64,000 bases of DNA. It comes from an uncultured virus (IMG/VR IMGVR_UViG_3300005607_000414) (lineage: Duplodnaviria > Heunggongvirae > Uroviricota > Caudoviricetes). Positions within the stretch are counted from its first letter, which is position 1. The number at the start of each line of letters is the position of its first letter. The position numbers and the translations under genes were made by a program. The stretch is taken from the IMG/VR virus record IMGVR_UViG_3300005607_000414; one strand, written 5' to 3'. This document shows, in pieces, positions 57,596-64,000 of the stretch. Under the pieces are notes generated by a model, which saw only the letters and a list, made by a program, of their open reading frames with translations, had not been told where the DNA came from and did not search any database.

Positions 57596-58891
57596 CTATT
57601 GGCTCACCGGGTGAGCCTCCCCACTGACTTCTGCTGCCACATCATCGAACGCGCGTCCGGACCCATCGAGGCGCGCCACTTGCCCCGTGAACGCCTGCCA
57701 GCGCCGCACGATCACATCGCAGTACTTCGGGTCCAGTTCGATCACTCGCGCCTGCCGCCCGGTCTTCTCGCACGCGATGATCGTCGTCCCGCTCCCACCG
57801 AACGGGTCTAGGATCGTGTCACGCGACTTGCTGTTGTTCCGGAGGGCGCGCTCGACCAACTCGACTGGCTTCATTGTCGGGTGCTCGCGGTTTGCGCTGG
57901 GCCGCTTAATCTCCCACGTGTCGCTCTGGCCCCGGTCGCCGCACCAATAGTGCGTGCCGCCCTCGCGCCAACCGTACATGATCGGTTCGTAGTTGTGCCG
58001 GTAGTCTCCCCAGCCCAGAGTGAAGTGGTTCTTGACCCAGATGATGATGCCCGACCAGTGGCCTCCGGCCTCGAGGAACGCCTGCCGGAGCGTGTGCATC
58101 TCGGACGAGGACATGCAGATGTACACCGCGCCCTTGCAGACGGCCAGGATGTTCGCGGAGGCGTCCTTGAGGAAGCCGTAGAACTTGGCGCCCAGCGAGT
58201 CGTTCTGGATCTTGAGTTTGTCCTTGGTGCGGCCCTCGTAATCGATGTTGTACGGCGGGTCGGTGAAGCACATGTCGGCCAGATCGCCAGCCAGCACCTT
58301 CTCCACATGCCCGAGGACCGTTGCATCCCCGCACAGCAACCGATGCTGCCCCATGACCCACAGGTCGCCCGCCACCGTGACGACCTTTTCCTGCTCGTCC
58401 GGAACGGCGTCCTCGTCCGTGAGTCCGGTCTTGGTCTGCTCCGGGCCCGCAAGGATCTCCTCGATCTCGTCCTCGGTGAAGCCCACAAGGTCCAAATCGA
58501 ACTCGTCCTCTTTCAACGACTCCAACTCGACGCGCAGCATCTCTTCGTCCCATCCGGCACTCAGAGCCAGGCGGTTGTCCGCGAGGACGAGCGCGCGGCG
58601 TTGGGTTTCCGTGAGGTGGTCCAGGACAATGACCGGCACCTCCGTCATCTTCAACTTGCGCGCCGCAGCCAGGCGCGCGTGGCCCGCGATGATAATTCCG
58701 TCCGCGCCGACCAGGATCGGGTTGGTCCAACCGAATTCCGCGATGCTGGCGGCGACCTGGGCGACCTGCTCCTCCGTGTGCGTCCGCGCGTTGCGGGCGT
58801 ACGGAATCAGTTTATCGATCGGCCAGAACTGGACAAGGAGGTTGCGAAGGCGCTCCACAGGTTTGAGATGTTCTTCCACTTTGGCTTTCAC
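57596..58891 (-). CDS. ParB N-terminal domain plus N6A/N4C DNA methyltransferase (beta class)
   Basis: PYARNARTH..IIAGHARL..ADNRL; TDPPY; HPTMKP; DPFGGSGT; GTG start after GGAGG. Confidence 0.93.
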   Translation of the reverse strand: MKAKVEEHLKPVERLRNLLVQFWPIDKLIPYARNARTHTEEQVAQVAASIAEFGWTNPILVGADGIIIAGHARLAAARKLKMTEVPVIVLDHLTETQRRALVLADNRLALSAGWDEEMLRVELESLKEDEFDLDLVGFTEDEIEEILAGPEQTKTGLTDEDAVPDEQEKVVTVAGDLWVMGQHRLLCGDATVLGHVEKVLAGDLADMCFTDPPYNIDYEGRTKDKLKIQNDSLGAKFYGFLKDASANILAVCKGAVYICMSSSEMHTLRQAFLEAGGHWSGIIIWVKNHFTLGWGDYRHNYEPIMYGWREGGTHYWCGDRGQSDTWEIKRPSANREHPTMKPVELVERALRNNSKSRDTILDPFGGSGTTIIACEKTGRQARVIELDPKYCDVIVRRWQAFTGQVARLDGSGRAFDDVAAEVSGEAHPVSQ

Positions 58892-58910
58892 TCCGCAACC
58901 TCCATCTTGT

Positions 58911-59447
58911 TTAGGCCGCAGTCTTCGGCTGGGCCTGGTTGACCACGTTCGCAATCGACGTGGTGGCGGTGGCGAGCGCCTGGACGATCTGCTGCAACGT
59001 CGCCAGGACCGGCGTGATGGTGGCGTCCACCTGCTTGGCGACCGCCGCCGCGACAGCCTGCGCGTCCACGCCGACGCCAGCCGCGCTCACGTCCGTGGCG
59101 CGATTGGCGGGCACGGCGCCAGCCGTCAGGTTCGAACCCGCGCCGCGCGAGACGGGGTTCAACTCGTCGGTCCAGAGGGCATCGGCGGCAACGTCGGCGT
59201 GTTTGATGGCCTGCTTCGCCACCATGTTGCTCGTCTCCACGGCGTTCTGGAGCGCCTGGAGAGCGACGTTCTGGATCTGATCGAACTGAATCTGCGAACG
59301 GCGCGCGATCAGCAGATCGAGATCCTGGTAAGCGTCATACGTGCGCTTGGTGTTGGCTGCGGTGAGTTCGGAATGCGCTTTGAAAAACTCATCCGTTCCG
59401 GTTTCGAATTCACGCTCGCCCTGGTTGGGCGTGGCGACTTCAGGCAT
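58911..59447 (-). CDS. Ala/Gln/Thr-rich helical hypothetical protein
   Basis: 178 aa, strong AAGGAG RBS, between the two MTases. Confidence 0.75.
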   Translation of the reverse strand: MPEVATPNQGEREFETGTDEFFKAHSELTAANTKRTYDAYQDLDLLIARRSQIQFDQIQNVALQALQNAVETSNMVAKQAIKHADVAADALWTDELNPVSRGAGSNLTAGAVPANRATDVSAAGVGVDAQAVAAAVAKQVDATITPVLATLQQIVQALATATTSIANVVNQAQPKTAA

Positions 59448-59473
59448 ACATTCTCTCCTTCGAAAGATGATTT

Positions 59474-59552
59474 AAGAACGCTCCCCAATCACGGTTCTCT
59501 CCGTTGCTATGGCTCGCTCGGACGGCTCGATGCCGCCGCTTTCATTGGCTTA
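59474..59552 (-). ncRNA. TIGR-like mini-array 2 (two 36-nt units, partly degenerate)
   Basis: Repeat blocks at 59474, 59492, 59510, 59528, 59546 (18-nt period) including exact GAGCGAGCCA and GAGAGAACCG. Confidence 0.7.
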
Positions 59553-61088
59553 GGAAGCCTTGCGCTTCCTGGGGCCGTAGTGTGGGTTTGGCCCGTGGTG
59601 CCTTATCGCCCGCGAGTCCTGGGCCTTCGCGTTGACGGCCTGCTCGACCGGGATGCCTCGCGCCGCCGCAACCGACTGGAACGTGCCGGTGCTCCCGTCC
59701 CCGTCCACCAGCAACGGCGTCTCGCCGGTCAAATTCCAGATGCGCCGGAGGATCACATCGCAGTAGGCTGGCGACAGTTCGCAGCCACACCCGGTGCGCG
59801 CGAGAAGCGCCGCCGCCGCGATGGTGGTGCCGGACCCCATAAACGGATCGAAGACCACGTCGCCCTCGTCACTGAACGCGAGGAGGAAGAACTCGACCAG
59901 CGCGCGGGGGAACGGAGCGGAGTGCGATCCCTGCGAGGATTCCGACTTCACCTCGATCACATTGGACGGGCGCGCGACTCCCTTGTACCGGCCTTCGCTA
60001 TCCGTGGCGTCTGCTTTGCCAGCCGCATCGCCACGCGCGCCCGTGCCCAGCAAGCCCGAGCCAGACTTCGACTTCGGGTTGTTGGGCGAGTAGTCGAAAC
60101 AATCCTCGCTCTCGTGTCCGACCCGCTTGGGCCGGAATTTGATCTGCTGCTGGCGCGAGAAGTGGAAGATTGGCTCCCATGCGTTTTTGAAACGGTTGTT
60201 CCAACCGCCAGGCACGCCGTTGTCGGTCTTGCGCCAGCAGAACTCGTCAACAAACCGCCACTCCCACTGGCGGCGGTGTGCGATGACCAGATCCTTCACG
60301 TACAGGTTCCGCTCGCCCTCGTCGGCGTGCTCCTTGATGTTCAGAAGGTAGGAGCCATCGTCCGCGAGCACCGACCGGATGTTGGTCGCCACATCCTTGT
60401 ACCAGGCCACGTACTCCTCCGGCCGGATCGGTTTGAACCCGCTGGAGGAGTCGTACTCCCGCTGCGTGGCGTACGGCGGTGAGGTGATGCAGACGTTCGG
60501 GCGCGCGTCGTCCAGGAGCTTCAGGACGACCGTGATGTCCCGGCAGTCTCCGCAGATCAAACGGTGCGGCCCGATGGTCCACAGGTCGCCAGCCCGAGTA
60601 ACCGGGTTGACCGGAGCCTCCGGAACGTCCTCTTCCTCGTCCGGAGCGGACTGCGGTTCGTCGCCGGCCAGCAGATCCTCCAACTCGTCGTCGGAGAAGC
60701 CCACGAGCGCGAGGTCCACGCCGTCCGATTCGAGGTCGCGTAACTCCGCGGCAAGGACCTTCTCGTCCCACCCGGCGTTGAGCGCCAACTTGTTGTCCGC
60801 GATGATGTATGCGCGCCGTTGAGTCTCGGTGAGGTGATCCAGGACGACAACCGGAACCTCACCGAGATTCAACTTGCGGGCAGCCAGGAGACGACCGTGG
60901 CCAGCGATGATCCCGGCGTTGGAGTCCACCAGGATAGGAGCGTTGAAACCGAATTCCGCGATCGACGCCGCGATTTGCGCCACTTGCGCATCGGAGTGCG
61001 TGCGCGCGTTCTTCGCGTACGGCACCAGCCGGTCGGTGGGCCAGATCTCGATGCGCCGCGCCATCGCGGTCGTGATGGAAGTGCTCAT
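59550..61088 (-). CDS. ParB N-terminal domain plus N4C/N6A DNA methyltransferase (beta class)
   Basis: PYAKNARTH..IIAGHGRL..ADNKL; TSPPY; HSAPFP; DPFMGSGT; ATG 61088 (or 61064). Confidence 0.93.
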   Translation of the reverse strand: MSTSITTAMARRIEIWPTDRLVPYAKNARTHSDAQVAQIAASIAEFGFNAPILVDSNAGIIAGHGRLLAARKLNLGEVPVVVLDHLTETQRRAYIIADNKLALNAGWDEKVLAAELRDLESDGVDLALVGFSDDELEDLLAGDEPQSAPDEEEDVPEAPVNPVTRAGDLWTIGPHRLICGDCRDITVVLKLLDDARPNVCITSPPYATQREYDSSSGFKPIRPEEYVAWYKDVATNIRSVLADDGSYLLNIKEHADEGERNLYVKDLVIAHRRQWEWRFVDEFCWRKTDNGVPGGWNNRFKNAWEPIFHFSRQQQIKFRPKRVGHESEDCFDYSPNNPKSKSGSGLLGTGARGDAAGKADATDSEGRYKGVARPSNVIEVKSESSQGSHSAPFPRALVEFFLLAFSDEGDVVFDPFMGSGTTIAAAALLARTGCGCELSPAYCDVILRRIWNLTGETPLLVDGDGSTGTFQSVAAARGIPVEQAVNAKAQDSRAIRHHGPNPHYGPRKRKAS

Positions 61089-61151
61089 GCTGGAGCCGAA
61101 GGCCGAAAGTGATTGCAGTATTCGCTGATCGAGCGCACAATCAAAATCACA

Positions 61152-61394
61152 ATGGCAAGAAGCAACCACATCTCCGTCGAGATCGAGGCGAAGTTTGGCA
61201 GCACTTTTCAGGAAGAAGTGGCGATGCGCATGCTGCCCAAGTACATCAACGCCTGGAAAGCGTTCTTCCTGGAAAAGCACTCCAAGAACGCCATCGAGTT
61301 CCGAATCACGAACGTCGAGCACATCACGCCCATGAGAGAACCTGCGCCCCGGAACAGGCAACGGCGGTCCGATAGACTGCCGTGCTCCCGCTAA
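61152..61394 (+). CDS. small hypothetical moron protein
   Basis: MARSNHISVEIE...; TTGCAG-N17-CACAAT promoter at 61113-61141 just upstream. Confidence 0.5.
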   Translation: MARSNHISVEIEAKFGSTFQEEVAMRMLPKYINAWKAFFLEKHSKNAIEFRITNVEHITPMREPAPRNRQRRSDRLPCSR

Positions 61395-61537
61395 ACGCCG
61401 CCACGTCGCCCACATCTCGCCCCGTTCGCGCCGGAGCGCGGCAGGTGGAGGCGTTGGGCCAAGAGACGGGCGGCGGCGCAACGGGGCGCGCGGGGGCGCG
61501 AACGCCGCCAGCCGTACCCGACCACCTCACTTTTTTT

Positions 61538-61600
61538 GTGACGCTGGCGAAATGGTGCAATCGCGGAACGCGCCGGAGATTTTGCCCCGGTAGTACCTAA
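61538..61600 (-). other. putative lambda-like cos (packaging) region
   Basis: AGGTACTACCGG...GGCGCGTTCCGCG...TTTCGCCAGCG resembles the lambda cosQ-cosN-I2 layout; upstream of packaging genes. Confidence 0.4.
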
Positions 61601-61712
61601 AGTGGAGCGAGAATTGCATGGTCGGCCGGCGCTTCGCGTTCATTCTGACCGCTGTGGTGGTCGGTGAGTTGGGTGCGCCAACGCCACCGACCCGTTGCCG
61701 GATTGATGGCGT

Positions 61713-61803
61713 TGGCCTCTCGAAACAGTGGTTCAAATCCAGTCCTTGGATAGTCGCTCGGCTCGCATGGTTCTCTCAAGGACTGTGGCTCGCTCAACTG
61801 TTT
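61713..61803 (-). ncRNA. TIGR-like mini-array 3 (one clean unit plus degenerate, self-complementary continuation)
   Basis: GAGCGAGCCA-CAGTCCTT-GAGAGAACCA-TGCGAGCC-GAGCGACT; repeat blocks at 61750, 61768, 61786. Confidence 0.72.
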
Positions 61804-62051
61804 GATAAGCCGCACGTGCAACGGAACAACTGGCAATCGCAGACTGGCAGTGGCGTGCGCTGCGGACCAGGGCCGTGCGTGAGCATGTGCTGGCGGTACG
61901 CCTTGCGCGTGCCGAACTCCTGCCCGCACGCGCCGCAGATATCGCCAGCCCACGGGCCGTCGTCGTCGTTCGAGGACTCAGCACGATCTGGAAACGACTC
62001 TTCGCTGTAATCGTCCTCAACGCAAGGCCCTGAAAGTGATTGGATCAACAC
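61794..62051 (-). CDS. C2H2 zinc-finger small protein
   Basis: CGACGQEFGTRKAYRQHMLTH = C-x2-C-x3-F-x8-H-x3-H; overlaps stop of upstream ORF. Confidence 0.55.
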   Translation of the reverse strand: MLIQSLSGPCVEDDYSEESFPDRAESSNDDDGPWAGDICGACGQEFGTRKAYRQHMLTHGPGPQRTPLPVCDCQLFRCTCGLSNS

Positions 62052-62407
62052 GTCGCGTTCCCCGCCATGCAGTCCAGCAGAACGCGCAAAAAGATTGGGC
62101 GCGTCTCAGGCGGCGCGAGGTTGTACTCGCAACTCTGATCGGTCTTGATCCGATGACCCAAGGGCCTCAATGCCCAAGGCTGGTGGCCGTCGTTCAGTTC
62201 GTGCCTGTACGAATACGCTTGACCCATGTGGTCGCGCACCGTCGTAGGCTTCGGATCTCCGGGCCGCTTGTACATGATGGCTCGGGAGACGCGCCCCTTT
62301 TTGTGGCGCACAACCTTCGCCAAGCCGTCGCGTTCGAGTTTCAAAGCCCTGCGTAGCGGAACGAGGCCCTGGAATTCACAGTCGTAGGAATAGAGCGGAA
62401 CCGTCAT
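62045..62407 (-). CDS. conserved hypothetical phage protein
   Basis: 120 aa, GGGAG RBS; first gene toward the late operon. Confidence 0.7.
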   Translation of the reverse strand: MTVPLYSYDCEFQGLVPLRRALKLERDGLAKVVRHKKGRVSRAIMYKRPGDPKPTTVRDHMGQAYSYRHELNDGHQPWALRPLGHRIKTDQSCEYNLAPPETRPIFLRVLLDCMAGNATC

Positions 62408-62601
62408 GGTCGTCTCCCATGACGCTCAGCGCTGTGGTGCTTTCTGCGGGGTGGCTCTAAATGAAAATCGCCAGCAGCGACACCGCTACTGGCCGATCAT
62501 GCGGGATTGAGTTTTTTTGTCGAGGTGTCCCGGCACCTCGTATTTGGCTGCTCTGATTTTCTCAGAAACGTAAGCGCCGGTCAATGTTTTTTATGGTGGG
62601 A

Positions 62602-62678
62602 TGGTGGGCCCGACAGAACTCGAATCTGTGACCTTCTGCGTGTCAAGCAGACGCTCTAACCAACTGAGCTACGGGCCC
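62602..62678 (-). tRNA. tRNA-Val(GAC)
   Basis: GGGCCCGTAGCTCAGTTGGTTAGAGCGTCTGCTT-GAC-ACGCAGAAGGTCACAGATTCGAGTTCTGTCGGGCCCACCA, 77 nt cloverleaf with encoded CCA; TGnTACGAT promoter upstream. Confidence 0.95.
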
Positions 62679-62730
62679 GCAAGACTCATCGTACCAAACT
62701 TGAAGAGGACTGACCAAACAGCATCGAGGA

Positions 62731-62758
62731 TAAAAAAAGCCGCCCGTCTCCGGGCGGC
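62731..62758 (-). terminator. intrinsic terminator
   Basis: GCCGCCCG-GAGA-CGGGCGGC-TTTTTTT on minus strand. Confidence 0.85.
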
Positions 62759-62798
62759 ATCAGTGGTCGGCGGCAAGTCCGCGATCTTGCGCGCCAGC

Positions 62799-63137
62799 CT
62801 ATCGGCGGTTGACCGGCGTCTTCTCGTAATCCTCCAGCGTACGCGTCCCGTGGACTTCGGCGTCGTGCTTCTCAGCCCAGTTGGTGAGCTCGGCTGCGGA
62901 TTTGAACATCCGGCGCCACGGCTTGTTGGCGAGGCCCTTCACTCCATACGCCTCGATCTGGTTCAGCCTGATTACGGTCGCCGGAGCCAGATCCGACTCG
63001 CTGTAATAACCGGCGTGTTTGCCCCTGATCGCAATCGCGTAAAAGGAGCCAGAAGGAGCAACCTCCGTGACGACGCCACGCTCGCCCTGGTGCTCTCCGT
63101 ACTCGATCAGAACTTTGTCGCCTTCCTGGTATGCCAT
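62799..63137 (-). CDS. moron protein with KOW/SH3-like N-terminus
   Basis: YQEGDKVLIEYGEHQGERGVVTEV; AAGGAG RBS, own promoter and terminator. Confidence 0.75.
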   Translation of the reverse strand: MAYQEGDKVLIEYGEHQGERGVVTEVAPSGSFYAIAIRGKHAGYYSESDLAPATVIRLNQIEAYGVKGLANKPWRRMFKSAAELTNWAEKHDAEVHGTRTLEDYEKTPVNRR

Positions 63138-63204
63138 CTGCCTATCTCCTTGCACCACGATTCATCACTCCGGTTGGCGGGAAAGGCAAGAAGATAAGCG
63201 CGCC
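63133..63204 (-). promoter_or_regulatory. conserved moron promoter and RBS, copy 3
   Basis: GGCGCGCTTATCTTCTTGCCTTTCCCGCCAACCGGAGTGATGAATCGTGGTGCAAGGAGATAGGCAG-ATG. Confidence 0.7.
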
Positions 63205-63467
63205 GATCACGATCTTTTTTCGCCAGCCACACGGCACGTGGGCGCGCCCACGCGTTGGCTGGCACCACACGTCCACCGGCCTGGCTCCGGCCAAACGTGC
63301 GCGCCCCCTGCGCGACGGGTGGCGCGTTTTTCCTTCGTCCATATATAGGAGTCGGAAAATCTTGTCCTTGGCGCACGGCGTGGCGAAAGGACAGGACGGC
63401 GTCTGGAAACCCTCCCATAGCTACCATCTTCCCAACTCTGTGATTCTGGCTGGGTTATACTGGCGTA

Positions 63468-63786
63468 ACGTGGAGTCCACGTATGGAATGGTGACAGGCT
63501 GGTGGTTGGGCAGTGTGGACTCCAGTTGGACTCCACAGGGGTAGACGACCACGCCTAAGTGATAGTAGAATATAGAGATAGTGGGTCGGGGCCTCTTCCT
63601 TGACACGTATAAAATATCAATCACTTACAGACACCCCTACTGAAAACACAAGAGTTACACGTTTTCGATTTGGACCCCACACGGACCCCGGCATAGCGAT
63701 TTAGGCCTCTTCCGTGCGCGTTTGGACCCCGGTTGGACCCCACGACCATAGAGTTCTTCCGCGATACATAAGTGTTCCGGACCCCA
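63468..63786. repeat. cluster of eight (T/C)GGACYCC(AC) motifs flanking an AT-rich core
   Basis: Palindrome ACGTGGA-G-TCCACGT at 63468; copies at 63516, 63527, 63671, 63682, 63723, 63734, 63778. Confidence 0.75.
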
Positions 63787-64000
63787 TAATCTGATGTGGT
63801 CACAAACGTGCTTTCACGCGTGCGCGCGCGGTCGTACTCGCCTTCCAAAAACTTCTCATCTGTATGTCACAGGCAGAAGAGAAGTTTTTTGAACTCCTAT
63901 ATAGAGCAAGCGAAAAATCGGCTCCCGGCGACATGTGATACTGGGGAGCGTGAGACGGCGCATGATCAGCGTGGCGGTCAACGGCGCGGAGATGCTCCGG

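Larger units (their letters stand above)
10385..63800 (-). mobile_element. temperate siphophage/prophage (lambda-like head module, non-contractile tail); boundaries approximate
   Basis: Contiguous co-oriented packaging, head, tail, lysis, replication and integrase genes; no att direct repeat identified. Confidence 0.9.

Noticed and set aside
61089..61481. 643-aa long form of the first ParB-MTase
   Set aside because: The N-terminal extension is antisense to a plausible plus-strand gene; ParB similarity begins only after 61088
62470..62540. Hairpins downstream of the tRNA (CCAGCAGCG...CGCTACTGG; CGAGGTG...CACCTCG) as ncRNA or terminator
   Set aside because: No U-tract in the sense direction and no recognisable RNA family; insufficient support
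10385..62608. attL/attR direct repeat based on the tRNA 3' end
   Set aside because: No second copy of TGGTGGGCCCGAC seen near the integrase or the left part of the window
62630..62637. Spacer A1 8-mer AGAAGGTC also occurs in tRNA-Val
   Set aside because: An 8-mer match is expected by chance in 64 kb, and no adjacent match to spacer B1

Overview
Most of the window (~10.4-63.8 kb) is one GC-rich temperate siphophage/prophage, almost entirely on the minus strand. Read right to left it carries: tRNA-Val(GAC), a lambda-like cos region, two ParB-fused amino-methyltransferases, GpA-type terminase, lambda-type portal, S49 protease, decoration and capsid genes, tail genes with a G/GT -1 frameshift, an M15 endolysin and holin-like genes. 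A replication/early module follows (SNF2 helicase, DUF2303, VRR-NUC, C5 MTase, HD protein, RepB-like primase, UvrD-like helicase) and ends in a tyrosine integrase. The left 10 kb holds small phage-like ORFs, a Ku remnant and a lower-GC block (ECF sigma/anti-sigma, secreted M23 peptidase, lipoprotein). The main finding is a nuclease-less IS110/Nop-domain protein (20246-21091) preceded by an exact 18/36-nt periodic dual-repeat array, i.e. a TIGR-Tas (TasA-like) RNA-guided system. Two further orphan mini-arrays with the same repeats lie ~38-40 kb away in the late region, and one of them folds on itself. Other signals: three moron cassettes sharing a promoter and terminator, a TGGACYCCAC motif cluster also present in the integrase promoter, an out-of-frame nested ORF in the C5 MTase, and a eukaryote-type C2H2 zinc finger. 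All family calls come from motif recognition by eye; no database searches were run, and no att direct repeats or CI repressor were found.
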